Shown here piece after piece: positions 14,173 to 27,702 of a DNA stretch of 64,000 bases. The position numbers were made by a program, and so were the translations under genes. The notes under the pieces were generated by a model. It was not told the origin of the DNA, did not search any database, and saw nothing but the letters and a program-made list of their open reading frames with translations. Within the stretch, counting starts at the first letter, position 1. The number at the start of each line of letters is the position of its first letter. The DNA is taken from assembly GCA_038087875.1 (NCBI GenBank), contig CM075998.1, forward strand, positions 1,800,001 to 1,864,000, in the 5' to 3' direction. This stretch comes from Malacoraja senta (taxonomy: Eukaryota).

Positions 14173-14990
14173 CAAATGTTATTGACTAGTGTCCGTACCG
14201 CACTCCCAGCGAATTGGGACGGTTTGCTCGGGTCAGTCAGTCCGCCCGCTGTGTGCTTCAGGCTACCTTTGATATTTAGTCACGTTTTCTACTACGAAAA
14301 ACTCGTACTATTTCTGTTATACATTGGTTTTTTCTCTTCCTATTGCAGAGGCTTCACATGGGCAGATCCCAGGGATAGTGTCGTTTTTGTTGTTGTAATG
14401 GCAGGGGTGTTGAAGAAATATTGTCGCTTGAATTGTAATATTTATCCCATCTGACCCGCAACTACATTCTTTCACACCTGGGCTCAATCGCTCATAGTGT
14501 TTCTTTTCATCGCGCCTCCATCTGCATAAAGGGCAGACAGATTTACTTTAAAGGCTGGTTTCTATGAAGTCGGAACAGAAAGGTGGGAACATTGTAAAAG
14601 TAGACATGACTGTATCCATCCAGCTCATTACCTCTGAACTAGTGGATGGCAAGTTCAATTGTCAGAGTCGCTGCGCTTGTTAAATCCGCCTCTCTCCTCC
14701 TGATGCTCACGGAGGTGTCCAGCTCTAATGGCACCAAGCAAGTCCAAGTAAGTCACTGCATATAAAACACAGCTTGGCTTCTTTTCAAATGACGGTTTGA
14801 TGCTATGTAAATGCAAACTTCAGTATATTTTATTCACAACATTTCTCATTGACATGTTCCTATATCCGCTCCTATTAGCTGAATGTTCATTATTATGACT
14901 AATTATAAAGGACTCGGCTACCATATTATGTTTAAAATTGCTGAATTGTGCGATTTTCTCCAACAGAGCGCTATACCGTGGTTGGTTCTC

Positions 14991-15075
14991 AGTCTGAAGA
15001 AGGGTCTCGACCTGAAATGTCGTCTGGCCATTTTCCTCCACAGATGCTGATCGACCCTCTGAGTTTCTCCAACAC
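14991..15075 (+). mobile_element. PLE terminal-repeat fragment with near-intact hammerhead (14994-15021)
   Basis: ctgaagaagggtctcgacctgaaatgtc followed by the usual repeat. Confidence 0.65.
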
Positions 15076-15209
15076 TCTGGGGGTTTTCTGCCTCAGTTAT
15101 TTTGCTGGTATTCTGACGAGGAGGCTTGAATTATTTTCGGAGCGGCGTGAATGAAGTTCTACCGGCTGCCCTTTAATATGCTGAACATAACTCCTAAACC
15201 CTAGGGTGA

Positions 15210-15660
15210 AACACAAAGTGCTGGAGGAACTCAGCGGGCCAGGCAGCGTCTGTTGGGGGAATGGACAGGCGATGTTTTGTTTCGGGACCCTTCTTCAGAC
15301 CCGAAACTTCGTTTGTCCATTCGCTCCACAGATGTTGCCTGACCCGCTGAGTTCCTCCAGCACTTTGTGTTTTGCTCAAGGTTCCAGCATCTGCAGTCTC
15401 TGGTGTAGTTCTGATTAGTTGAGGGCGCCAAGGGTTCCGAGGGGAAGGCAGGAAGGAGTCTGGGGTTGAGAGGGAAAGATACATCAGGCTTGATCGAAAG
15501 TCTGAAGAAGGCTCTCGACCCGAAACGTCATCTAAACCTTTTCTCCAGAGATGCTGCCTGATCCACTGAGTTATTCCAGCATTTTGTGTCTATCTGCCGA
15601 ATGGCGGAGCAGACTTGATGGGCCGAATGGCCTAATTCTGCCCATGTGTCTTATAGGTTT
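15210..15660. mobile_element. Fold-back PLE repeat (~15210-15407), then a CR1 3' tail interrupted by a PLE repeat (~15499-15597) with hammerhead at 15502-15530
   Basis: Motif matches. The CR1 tail resumes at gaatggcggagcagacttgatgggccgaatggcc. Confidence 0.7.
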
Positions 15661-16038
15661 ATGGCGTCTCTAAACTTAAACCCGGGTTCCGCCAATTAAA
15701 GAGCAGTATGTGGTGGCAAGATAACTTTAGAAACGTTGAATCTGCATTCACCTCTGTTTAGTAGCGATGCTTCTAAAGTTACAAAAAGAGGGGAGCACTT
15801 GTCAGTAAGTCAAAGCCTATCTGAATGATTTGCAGCTTCAAGCTGCCGCAGTTTCTTGCACCTGATGTCCTTGTCGCGGTCAGCAAGCGGCCCTGCCCAG
15901 TTTCAATAAACAGATGGATACAAGTTGTGGAGGGAGCGCCGGACGTGATCTGCCCACACAATGCGTCTCCAGGCTGCAGGCAGGGTATGCAGTCTAACTG
16001 CAGCGCCGGAGGTTGACAGAAGATGACCAGTGACATGT

Positions 16039-16227
16039 GTTGGAAGGAACTGCAGATGCTGGTTTCAACCGAAGATAGACACAAAAAGCTGGAGTAACTC
16101 AGCGGGACAGGCGGCATCTCTGGAGAGAAGGAATGGGTGACGGATCTCAACCCGAAACGCCACCCATTGCTTCTCTCCAGAGATGCTGCCTGACCCGCTG
16201 AGTTACTCCAGCTTTTTGTGTCTATCT
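16039..16227. mobile_element. Fold-back PLE-derived insertion with 16-bp TSD
   Basis: atgaccagtgacatgt at 16023-16038 and 16228-16243, with inverted arms between. Confidence 0.85.
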
Positions 16228-16720
16228 ATGACCAGTGACATGTCGGACCTCCTGCACCAGGGAAGGAGATTGAATTACTCTGTCAAACGATGCGGGTACG
16301 ATGGTGCCGTGCAAGTTCCTGTACGAACATGGGAGCAAATTTGGGATCAGACAGAAGTCATTTGGTCCCATTTCCCCAGAGCCTCCATTTCCCCCCTTTT
16401 TAATTCTCCCGTTTATTTTTGACGGTTGCTGGTGAATCTGCTCTTTTCAATTAGGGGTCCAGATCACAATGAACAACACGTCTCTTCCAGCCTCCGGCTA
16501 CTTTGGCAATGACCCTAACACCGCGCCCCGTGTGTGTATATACACCTGTATGACATTGGAATGTGTCTCCTTATTCACCCTATAAAAACGTTCATGATTT
16601 GGAACCTCTCTGAATTACACGATTCTTGACATAAAATGCAGCTTCACTAGTTGGGCGAGCGTGGAGTATCCTGGAGTGGATACACTACTCGAGCTGAGGC
16701 CCGACCATTGATCTTGAACT

Positions 16721-17022
16721 AAAGACACAGAGTGCTGGACTAACTCACCGGGTCAGGCAGCATCTCTGGAGAACATGGAGAGGTTGACATTTCAGGCCTG
16801 GACTCAAGAAGGCACGCGACTATGTTTGCAAACAACTGGACAATTGAGTTTTATAAGTTCAGGTATATTAGTGTATAGAGTGTAGAGGAGTCTGAAGAAA
16901 GGACCCGATCGGAAACGTCATCTATCCATTTTCTCCAGAGATGCTACCTGACCCGCTGAGTTACTCCAGCACTTTGTATCTTTTTTTTTTGTAAACCAGC
17001 ATCTGCAGTTCCTGGTGTCTAC
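16721..17022. mobile_element. Older fold-back PLE-derived element
   Basis: Inverted arms; decayed hammerhead at 16892-16920. Confidence 0.7.
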
Positions 17023-17255
17023 ATTGATGTACATTTCCTTACATTAACTTCCTTACATTATTGCTGTCTGCCTGTAAATAAACTCCAGAGTTCCATGTTT
17101 TGGGACCTGTCCCACCACCTTCAAAGATCTGTGCTGAATGCCAGGTTTCTTTGTTATTTCCACCCCCATTATCGTTGCACCGTTGGTTTATGCAGCTTCT
17201 CTTCTTTTTCTATCCCAAATGCCTCTGCAATAAATGTCACCTTCCAATACTCCAC

Positions 17256-17545
17256 CAGTGGATGTGGAGAGGATGTTTCCACTAGTGGGAGAGTCTAGGA
17301 CCAGAGGTCAAAGCCTCAGAATTAAAGGACGTTCTTTTAGGAAGGAGATGAGGGGGAATTTCTTTCGTCAGAGGGTGGTGAATCTGTGGAATTCTTTGCC
17401 ACAGAAGGCTGTGGAGGCTGTCAATGGATATTTGTACGGCAGAGATAGATACATTCTTGATTAGTACAGGTGTCAGAGGTTACGGGGAGAAGGCAGGAGA
17501 ATGGGGTTAGGAGGGAGAGATAGATCAGCCATGATTGAATGGACT
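17256..17545 (+). mobile_element. CR1/HER1-type 3' fragment
   Basis: VDVERMFPLVGESRTRGQSLRIKG...RVVNLWNSLP. Confidence 0.88.
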
Positions 17546-18259
17546 TGGTGGACATATCCCAAATTATTTCAGAAAGAAATACCCAATGGGTAAAAAAGTG
17601 ATGAATAATATTGCAAATATCATCCCATGGCAAACTGGTCTCCTGGCCAGAAATAACAATCTGTCATGTTTTGGAGGACAAGGTTAGAGAAACTTGATGC
17701 TTCTTATTTTGATGCTGCCCCCAGCATCTCCTGCTGCTCTAAAACTGATCTATGCAATGTTATCTGTCAGACAGATTATGTAATTAAATCAAATCCCTTC
17801 TCATCACATACTTCACTAATCAAACAACACTATGTAATTAACAGTAAGATTTGTTAAGCGAGAGATGTTCATCTCCACTGTGCTGTCAAAGGCACTTTTC
17901 CCAGATCAGTTTTTTTTTCCCCATATAACAAAACTTTTTTTTTCTTGATGCATTTTTGCATATACACAGATGAGAACTCAATAAAAACCAGTACAGCAAG
18001 GATTAAATGATCTTGATTGAAAGGCAGTGGTCTATTACTGTGCTGTCCTGAGCTGCTTGTCTTGCTTCGATTTTTCACGTCCTTCCCTGCTTGATCCTCT
18101 CTCCGTTTATTTATCTGCTCTCTCTTCTCTTCATTCCTTGATGGAAATGGCAAAGGGATGCACTTCCCAGAAGATGTAGAAACAGTTTCACACGAAAGGT
18201 TATGAGGAAGTCAAAATATAAGTCAAAATCCATGGAAGGCCAATTCATTTAATATGGAT

Positions 18260-18745
18260 ACACACAAAAAGCTGGAGTAACTCAGAGGACAGGCAGGAAT
18301 CTCTGGAGAGAAGGAAAGGGTGACGTTTTGGGTTGAGACCCTTCTTCAGAGTTGTCCTTTTCAGTTAGGTTGAGAGGGAATGGCAAAGAACAGTGGTATT
18401 CAAATGGTGGGACGTTACGAGTGATGCTTGCCAGGGCTTCTGTTTCAACGACCCTTAACTTTTCCACAATTCGCAACCTCATCTCACACCCTTTTGTCTT
18501 CTCATCTCTGGCCTTTATTCAACATCTGCATATCCAACCCTCCCCCCCCCCCCCCCTCACGTGTATCCACCGATCACTCGCCAGGCTTTGTCCTGTCCCC
18601 ACCTCTCTTCCAACTTTCTCTCCCCACCACCGTCACAATCAGTCTGAAGAAGGGTCCCCACCCAAAACGTCACCTATCCATGTTCGCCAGTGATGCTGCC
18701 TGACCCCTGCTGAGTTACTCCGGCACTCTGTGTCTTTTTTTGTAA
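18260..18745. mobile_element. PLE 3' end (+ strand, ~18440-18745) with inverted terminal-repeat piece (18260-18350)
   Basis: Two CpG-decayed hammerheads, at 18321-18349 (-) and 18644-18672 (+). Confidence 0.75.
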
Positions 18746-20037
18746 ACCAGCATCTGCAGTTCCCTGTGGTCTCCTTGACATTTTAATACTTAAAACAAAA
18801 AATTATTAATGGTTTAAGAGCTGCACAAGAAGTTTACAGATGACATGAACCTAGGATTGTCAGTAAGCAGTACTGATGGGGACAGCAAATTGGAAAGAGA
18901 TATAGAACAATTACGTGTGAGTAAAATTTAAAGCCAAACGGAATCGAATGAAGGCAATATGATCATCCAGATTTTAATATTAGAACTGGACTTGTCAGGA
19001 ATAAAGTCATTACGTTTTTTTTTTAACAAAATAGAAATGTGAAGCACTCTCCCCAAAATGGTAATACAATCTGACACCATTGGAGGTGCATTTTTGTTAA
19101 GGACATCGAGCAAATTAATTGTGGTACCAATCTATTTGAATGTCCAGAATAGCCCTCAGGGGCTGAATCCTTACTCCTGTCTCTGTTGTTCCTATGATCC
19201 ATTAAGAAACGTCTGGGACATCATCAGTGAGATTCTGTGCACAGGACAGCGTCTGCTTATTTATGGTACGACGTATTGAACAATACGATGAGAGCCCCTT
19301 TACGCATCGCAACAAGAACAATTCTGAGAAGTGAACCCATGACTTGTTGATCGAGGAAATAATCCTCCATAGAATTCAGGAAGCAGATTGCAAAGTTTTC
19401 TCAGAATGAAGTCACCATAACAGGTCAATTTAAAATGGACTGTGGGTTCTGACCCAAAACGCCGCCTATCCATGTTCTGCACTGATGCTGTCTGACTTGC
19501 TGAGTTACTCCAGCAGGTGGGGGGTTTTCGAGATGGGCACTGATTAGTATATTTTAAGTAACATCTCTTGTCATATGTTGTGATGTAATATGACATATAG
19601 ATAAAATGGATACATTGTATATCCATGTCCTCGTAAAATGTTTTCAATATTATTTTTTTCTAGTGAGTGTACAGGAGATGTAGACAAAGGTGACATTGAT
19701 TTGAAGTCATTTGTACTCCTTACAGAAGATGCTGAAATCTTTGTCTATGCCTGAAATATCGATATCTTCAAGAGGTAAACATTGTGGTGTCTGTTGAGAA
19801 GATGGATGGCCAGCTGGTAGCGATATCGCCATCAAAGTAAGATGGAGCTCCTGATACACTGAAGCAACAGGAATTTGGTCATCTTCAAAGTGTAAAGAAG
19901 TTAGGCAAGATTCACTGGGAATGCTCACTAGAAAACCTTAAAAAATAATAAACTAGAAAAAGTAAGAGGGACATTTTTTGCCATTATGTTCAATATGCTT
20001 CTCAAATGGCCATCCTATTGTGGATATAACACAATTT

Positions 20038-20346
20038 GTTTAGCTAAATTCAGAGATACAGGCGCGTAAACAGGCCCTGTGGGCCCCACCGAGTACGCAC
20101 CCAACCAGTGATGCCCGCACATTAACACTATCCTGCACACACTAAGGACAATTTACATTTATACCCAAGCCAATTAACCTACAAACCTGTACATCTTTGG
20201 AGTGTGGGAGAAAACCAAAGATCTCGGAGAAAACCCACGCAGGTCACGGGGAGAAGGTGCAAACTCCATACAGGCAAGCACCCGTAGTCAGGATCGAACC
20301 CGGGTCTCTGGCGCTGTAAGGCAGAAGCTCTACCGCTGCGCCACCA
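20038..20346 (-). mobile_element. HE1-like tRNA-derived V-SINE
   Basis: A box TGGCGCAGCGG, B box GGTTCGATCC, conserved body, CR1-like 3' tail. Confidence 0.88.
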
Positions 20347-20454
20347 TAATGGATACAAACGAGTTTCTTTATCAAACTGAGAAGAACTTGCTAGAAGATT
20401 GGCAGTAATAAAGATGGAAAAGGGCAGCTGAAGGCAAACAAATTATTTTCATAA

Positions 20455-20825
20455 GTGATATGAGCAGAAATTAGGCCATTCGGCCCATCGAGTACTACTC
20501 CGCCATTCAATCATGGCTGATCTCTTGGCTTTCTAATCCCATTTTCCTGCCTTCCTCCCCATAACCCTTGACACCCGTTCTAATCAAGAACTTGTCTATC
20601 TCTGCCTTAAAAATATCCCACTGACTTGGCTTCCACAGCTCTCTGTGGCAATGAGTTTCCACAGATTATCTACCCTCTGACTAAAGAAGTTCCTCCTCAC
20701 CTCCTTTCAAAAAGAGCGCCCTTTAATTCTGAGGCGATGACCTCTGGTCCTAGACTCTCCCACCAGTGGAAACATTCTTTCCACATCCACTCTATCTATG
20801 GCCCTTTCATTATTCTGTAAGTTTT
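20455..20825 (-). mobile_element. CR1/HER1-type 3' fragment
   Basis: DRVDVERMFPLVGESRTRGHRLRIKG plus 3' tail. Confidence 0.85.
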
Positions 20826-21013
20826 CAACGTTGCCATTAGATAGCTGAGAATGAGCCCATGAGCCACGCCCAAGGCAGTAGCTGTAGGGTTTGATGGAAC
20901 ACCCTGCAAGAGGCATTGTGATCGCAATGCCGGTCGACACCGAGGCTGGCCCTCTGTATATTTGTGCCGCCAAAATGTTGACTTGTGGCTTGACCTTAAG
21001 AAGCAATGTTGTT

Positions 21014-21330
21014 ATTTAGTTTTAGTTTTAGTGTAGTTTAGAGATACAGGGCGGAAAACAGGCCTTCGGCCCCACCGAGTCCACGCCGACCAGCAATCCC
21101 CGCACGCTAGCACTATCCTATACACTGGGGACAATTTTACAACCTTCACCAAAGCCAATTAACCTATACACCTGTATGTCTTTGGAGTGTGGGAGGAAAC
21201 CGGAGCACCCGTAGAAAAACCCACGCAGTCAGGGGGAGAACGTACAAACTCCGTACAGACAGCACCCGTAGTCAGGATCGAACCCCGGGTCTCCGGCGCA
21301 GTAAAAGCAGCAACACTACTGTTGCACCAC
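21014..21330 (-). mobile_element. HE1-like V-SINE
   Basis: B box, body and (taaac)n-like tail. Confidence 0.85.
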
Positions 21331-21504
21331 GCTAGAAACTGCCTTCACTGATACACGATTTGCCGTGGGGATACGGCTCTTCATCTACAAAGATATTTAT
21401 ATTTCAACAAAAACCTTCACCCATCCTCATCATCAAACCCTATCAACAGAACCCTTCTGTGTCCTTCAATTTTATTTATTTATCTACTTTCACCTGAAGT
21501 GCAT

Positions 21505-21850
21505 CAATGCCCTAAACTATTCCTTGCAGTGGCAAATTCCACATTTTAACAACTCTCCGGTAAAACGTTTCCCTTGAATTCATTCTTGGATTTATTAGTG
21601 TCCATGTTATATTTATGGCCTTAGTTTTGGTTCTGCACACAAAATGAAAATGGCTCCTCTACTCTATCAAAACCCTTTCATAATTATAAAGACCTCGATT
21701 AGGTCCACCCCTCAGCCTTCTCATTTTCTGGAGAAAAGAGCTGCAATTTTGTTCATTACCTACTGGACAGGTCTAACTTCTCAATTCTAGCATCATATTA
21801 GTAAATCTGTTTTCTCCACCGTCTCTCTATCCTTTAGATAAGATAAAGAT
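21505..21850 (-). mobile_element. Highly decayed CR1 fragment
   Basis: Residual similarity to the RGDLIEVF..KG.DRV / LWNxLP region. Confidence 0.55.
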
Positions 21851-22775
21851 CAGAATTGTTACCTCGCTTGCAGTTTGTTGCATAAGACTGTCCAATGATA
21901 TAGTTTAATTCCACATTTCACATATTCATTTCACATTTTTAGCCACACACTTTCCCCTCATACAATGATATATTCCTCTTTTGAAACCAAAATAAGCATC
22001 TGACTGGTACAAGGGTATTAGGCTGCCTTTCCCGATTGAGTCATAGAGTCAAACAGTGTGGAAACAGGCCATTCGGCCCAACTTGCCCACACCGGCCAAC
22101 ATGTCCCTAGCTACACTAGTCCCCACCTGTCTGCGTTTGGTCCATATTCCTCCAAACCTGTCCTATCCATGTACCTGTCTATGGCATATGAGATGGTGAT
22201 GCAATATTCAGTTTATTATGTTAATCATGCGATGTGCTGATCGCTTATTAATCTATTTTAGCAGACCTGGTAAAAGGGTTTGCTGGTGACATTAAAGGAA
22301 CCAAGCAACTTGGTAAAAATAACGATGATGCATTTTGCTTTTATCAACATATTAATTCAATGGTTGCCCACTGAGCCTAAAAGATGTGGGCTTTCGCTGT
22401 CAGTTAAAGTAAAGATAATCCTTTAGGCCATGACCGATGGTAATTTCTCATCTTCTTCGCCTGTGCAGCTGCTCCAGCATGAACAACTTCAGTGCATTAG
22501 AGAGCATTTTATAGTGCCCTAGCAGTGATAAGACCAATCTGGAGTAGCAATTGAAAAAACATTGTAACAGGACAGTTTTTACTCCTGCTCTGCTACTTAA
22601 TTAGGTCTAATCGGATCTTAATAACCTGCGCAATAAACAATTATGATGGTTATAAATCCCAATGAGCAATTGCGCAGTAACCGGAATTCCCCCACCAGAC
22701 ATATTACTGTCGAAAATCGTTTTTTTTGCCTGCTCATGATAAAAGCTCATACAAATAGCAAACGCTGGAAGTGTG

Positions 22776-22968
22776 CAGGAAGGAAACTGCAGATGCTGGT
22801 TTAAACCAAAGATAGACACAAAATGCTGGAGTGACTCAGTGGGACAGGCAGCATCTCTGGAGAGATGGAATGGGTGACATTTTGGGTCGCCTGAAACGCC
22901 CACCTATTTTCTTCTCTCCAGAGATGCTGCCTGTCCCCACAGAGTTACTCCAGCATTTTGTGTCTAAA
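22776..22968. mobile_element. Fold-back PLE-derived insertion with 12-bp TSD
   Basis: gctggaagtgtg at 22764-22775 and 22969-22980. Confidence 0.8.
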
Positions 22969-23479
22969 GCTGGAAGTGTGTTCTATCCTGTGAGAAACCT
23001 TTACACATGCTTGGATTAAGGAAATTACTGGTGCCGTGGAGAGACGAAAGGAAGGAGACAGGAGACTTAATTTCAAATATTTCATTACCACACCCTTTCA
23101 TTGTGCGGCAATTATTTCACCTTACATTCATTGTTTTCCCTTCTGAGTAAATGATTTTTTTCCCCACTTGCGATCTTGAGATGTGATCTTATCAGCAAAC
23201 TTCATTATTTAAACAACCAAATGAATTATTAAAAGTTCATTGGAATGCATTCCCAAGTCAAATATTTTAGTTCACCTCCACATTTCAGCGGATCGAGCCA
23301 GGATGGAGTTCTCATTTAAATGATGAGCATGGTTTGGACTTGAAGGACTTTGCTGTGCAAGAGGATGCTATGCTTATGTCAAAAGGACAATATGGGCACT
23401 TTGCTTTGCTGGCTGAGAATCACCCTGGCAGGCATCCACGTGGGATTATGTAGGAATGACACAGTTTAACTCAAACGTC

Positions 23480-23679
23480 NNNNNNNNNNNNNNNNNNNNN
23501 NNNNNNNNNNNNNNNNNNNNNNNNNNNNNNNNNNNNNNNNNNNNNNNNNNNNNNNNNNNNNNNNNNNNNNNNNNNNNNNNNNNNNNNNNNNNNNNNNNNN
23601 NNNNNNNNNNNNNNNNNNNNNNNNNNNNNNNNNNNNNNNNNNNNNNNNNNNNNNNNNNNNNNNNNNNNNNNNNNNNNNN
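23480..23679. other. Assembly gap (200 N)
   Basis: Run of N. Confidence 1.
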
Positions 23680-24036
23680 CCCGCCCCTTATCTCTCTCTG
23701 CGCGTACGTGTTTACATAGGGGTGGACTGAGAATCTTGCTCACTTGGGAAATGGAATGTCGATAACATTTCTTCATGGGAAACAGAGCCAATGTGTTCCA
23801 AACATATCGGAATATTTTACGCAGAGACTGGAAGAATTATTCATAAAATTCAAGAGCCACCGCTGGATGAATCTGCAAATTGTTAAGGAACTAATGTGAT
23901 GACCGCCATCATTTAAAGAATTGCAAACTGTCTTATTCACGAGTCACCTCATCAGATTTCCTGCCTCTCCAATTGGTGTGTTTCTCTTTTGTAAGTTTGA
24001 TTAGTATGGCACTTCACTGCCCAAGTCTACATGAGG

Positions 24037-24830
24037 ATCGACACATAATGCTGGAGTAACTCAGCGGGACAGGCAGCATCTCTGAATAGAAGGGATGGGT
24101 GAGGTTTTGGGTCGAGACCCTTCTTCAGACTGAGGGTCAGGGGATAGGGAGACACAGAGATGTGGAGGGATAAGGTGTGAAAGCAAGAGAACAAAGGGGA
24201 CAAATGTCAAGGAGAATGTAGAATAGATCATTGTTAGCTAGGGGAAGGTGACAACAAAGCAAACAAAGATAAAATACAATCAGCAGGACAGTCAGACTGG
24301 TTGGCGAACTAGGATGGGGGAGGGATGGAGAGAGAGGGAAATCAAGGGTTACTTGAAGTCAGAGAAGTCCGCTGGGTTGTAAGCTGCCCAAGCAAAATAT
24401 GAGGTGCTGTTCCTCCAATTAGCGCTGGGCCTCACTCTGGCAGTGGAGGAGGACAGAAATGTCAGTGTGGGAATGAGGACCAAGCAGAAGGTGATAATGC
24501 CATCCTACCAACTGAGTGGATGCAACAGACATCCTCTCCTTTACCCTCCACCCTCCATTCACTGCCCATTGCTCTCCATTCACTACCCTGAGCTGCCTGG
24601 ACAATGCCCTCCCCACTCAGCAGGCAGTGTTTGGCAAACGGGTCACCTGTTCTACGCTTGGTCTCACCAATGTAGAGGAGGCCACATCGAGAACACTGAC
24701 TGCAATAGACAAGGTTAGAGGAGTTGCGGGTAAACCTCGGTCTCACCTGGAAGGACTGCTGGTGCCCCTAAATAAGGGTCAAGGGGGAGGTGTGGGGACA
24801 GGTGTTGCATCTCTTGCGGTTGCTGGGTAA
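24037..24830 (-). mobile_element. Penelope-like retroelement 3' portion with decayed GIY-YIG endonuclease
   Basis: FTRNSSNLVYCSQCSRCGLLYIGETKRRTGDPFAKH is the PLE-type GIY-YIG with a CxxC insert. Downstream reads EAQR*LEEQHLIFCLGSLQPSG, then the 3' region and terminal repeat. Confidence 0.88.
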
Positions 24831-25421
24831 ATATTTAGGCTACTTAATTACACCAGTTAAGTTGAATGTACCAGTGCATCGCCTTCATGCTACACATATT
24901 AGTTTGGCTCAGATAAGATTGTAAAATTTAGTTTCATGTGCAAATGGTCGTTCCCCAATCAGAGCTAATAATCTACTAATCCATTGTTTGGTCCGGAGAT
25001 CTTGCTCATTCTGACAAAAAAAAATTGAATTTCAGCAGGGTTTAATACAAGTTTTATTTTTCCCATTGTCCATGTAAATTCCGCATAAGCATTGCTGTCA
25101 TTAAGAGTTTCAGTCGGGGCTTTTTTTCCTACTGAGCTGCCACTGGCAGTAATTAGGCTGCTTGTAAACATGATCCACTAATCCTTGTCACTGTTAATCA
25201 ATATGATCCTCACTCCATCTCCCCCAGCCTTTCTGCCTCAGTGAGCCTATATTTTTGCTGTAAATTAAAATACAAAAATAAATTGAAATACCGTTTATCC
25301 AAATGTCATGATTAAGCTGCAGTAATTTGTGCAATAATTGGCACCATTGCATGTTCATTGATCAAACTGTATGCTCGTAAATGAACTTTTCTTCTCCAGT
25401 ATTTAAGAGACATCGTTATAA

Positions 25422-25643
25422 CAAAGAGTTGTGAGTCTGTGGAATTCTCTGCCTCAGAGGCCGGTTCTCTGGATACTTTCAAGAGAGAGCTAGATAGGGC
25501 TCTTAAAGATAGCGGAGTCAGGGGATATGGGGAGAAGGCAGGAACGGGGTACTGATTGGGGATGATCAGCCATGATCACATTGAATGGCGGTGCTGGCTC
25601 GAAGGGCCAAATGGCCTACTCCTGCATCTGTTGTCTATTGTCT
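25422..25643 (+). mobile_element. CR1/HER1-type 3' tail
   Basis: Near-identical to the tails at 4487-4720 and 52720-52938. Confidence 0.85.
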
Positions 25644-25651
25644 ATAACAGC

Positions 25652-25894
25652 AAAGATAGACACAAAGTGCTGGTGATAACTCAGCGGGACAGGCAGCATC
25701 TCTGGAGAGAAGGAATGGGTGATGTTTCGGGTCGAGACCCTTCTTCAGACAGTAGCTGTGTCGGAAGGAACTGCAGATGCTGGTTTACACCGAAGGTAGA
25801 CACAAAATGCTGGAGTAACTCAGCGGGACAGGCAGCATCTCTGGAGAGAAGGAATGGGTGACATTTCGGGTCGAGACCTTTCTTCAGACGACGA
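25652..25894 (-). mobile_element. Two tandem PLE terminal repeats; the second has a 13-bp TSD
   Basis: agacagtagctgt at 25747-25759 and 25895-25907. Mutated hammerheads at 25720-25748 and 25859-25887. Confidence 0.8.
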
Positions 25895-26221
25895 AGACAG
25901 TAGCTGTTGTGCTGGCTGCAATATCACTTTAATTCTTTGCATAGAGAACTAGTCCTGCAGCAGTTTCTGCCCGTGGGAGGGCAGGCTGGAACAGGGCTGT
26001 GTCCCTGATACTCCAATTAACACTTCCTCCTGTCAGTCATGCAATATCACTATATTATCTTTTCTCTCTATTTTAATTAGTATTTAAAAAAATCATAAGG
26101 CAGCTCTTATTTCACCCTGCCTTCCCTATATCCACTATGTACCCTCCTAAGGCTCAAGACCCACTTAATATTATCCACAAAAGTCCTTAGTTTACAAGTG
26201 TGAGAGAGGGTAAACCACAAG

Positions 26222-26655
26222 ATATTGCAGCGAATTGTGGACGCAGCCCAGAACATCACACAAACCAACCTCCCTTCCATTGACTCCATTAATACCTCAA
26301 ACTGCCTTGGCAAGGCCAGCCGCATAATCAAGGACGAGTCGCACTCCCTCTTCTCCCCTCTCCTATCAGTCAAAAGGTATAGAAGTGTGAAAACGCACAC
26401 CTCCAGATTCAGGGACAGTTTCTTCCCAGCTGTGATCAAGCAACTGAATCATCCTACCACAACCAGAGAGCAGTGCTGAACTACTATCTACCTCTTTGGT
26501 GACCATCGGACTATCCTTTATTGGACTTTGCTGGCTTTGCCTTGCACTAAACGTTATTCCCTTTTCATGTATCTATACACTGTGAATGGATCGATTGTAA
26601 TCATGTATTGTATTTCTGCTGACTGGATAGCACGCAACAAAAGCTTTTCACTGCA
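26222..26655 (+). mobile_element. Rex1/Babar-type LINE 3' fragment
   Basis: LQRIVDAAQNITQTNLPSI...KASRIIKDESH..FSPLLS.KRYRS...RFRDSFFPAVI, homologous to the C-terminus of ORF 54103-56079. Confidence 0.85.
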
Positions 26656-27702
26656 CTTATATGTTCTATGCTCTGCAGACAAAACTTAATTCAACAACAA
26701 TTGTGATAAAAAAAATTCTGATCACTGGGATTTGTGTTTTACCAGGATTATTGGTTTGGACGTTATCGTTTTTGATACACAAGAATGCACAAAGTCATAT
26801 TGTCTAACCGAGCAAACGTTCACTGTGAATGTCCTCTGAAAATCGTGTGTGCAGTGATTCACCTTGGATCCAAGAACGATAAATCTGAAGATTTTCCAAA
26901 AAGTGAGACGAGACACTAAGGAGGAAAAAAGGGATTCGGTACATAAGTGCACAAATCGCTAATGCATAGATACAAAAGAGGTCAATAGAACATTGAGTTT
27001 TATCTCAAAGGAGTTGGGAAACAGAAAGAGCAGGCTATGCTTCTGTTGTTTCGAGCCTTGGTATAACTCCATCTGATGATTTCCCTCTTATTGGGTGTAA
27101 CAGATTGTTTCGATGCAGCACATAGAGGTAAATCAAATAGGTGGATTGCATGCTGGCAGCATAACCAACCTGTTCTTCTCTCCATACAAATGAAGGTATA
27201 AGACAGTTGAACAAGCTATGATTCTCTTTGCTTGGTGTCTCCGTACACAAGCTCCAAATGATCCTTTGTACCAACAATGCTGATTATGCTCCATGAAGAG
27301 AAGAGCCCAGCTCAGGGGCCAACTGGTCATCATACAACAACATGGTCCTTTTCTATAGCATCTTAACTTTCTTGAAAATGCCCCCTGCAGAGTGAAAATG
27401 AACCACAGAGGAGAGATATAAATGAGTGTCCAAAAGTTTGGTTCAGGTAGGTTTTAAGGAGGAATTAAAAGACAGAATGAATTGCAGCAAGTAATGCACT
27501 TGAATGAAAACTATTCGAGAGAGATTGTCCAGTAATATATGGAGATAATGCAAAAAACAAATACTGGGAGCTTGTGAAGAAACTGGTAGTGCGGGGTAAA
27601 CCGGGGTAATGCCTCCAGCGGCTTTAAGGTAGGCAGCAGGAGGTTGTCCCCAGGACACAAAGAAGGCCGGCGAGGAGTAGAGACAGACAACAGTCTGAGG
27701 GG

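Noticed and set aside
23456..23791. ORFs spanning the N run
   Set aside because: Assembly-gap artefact.
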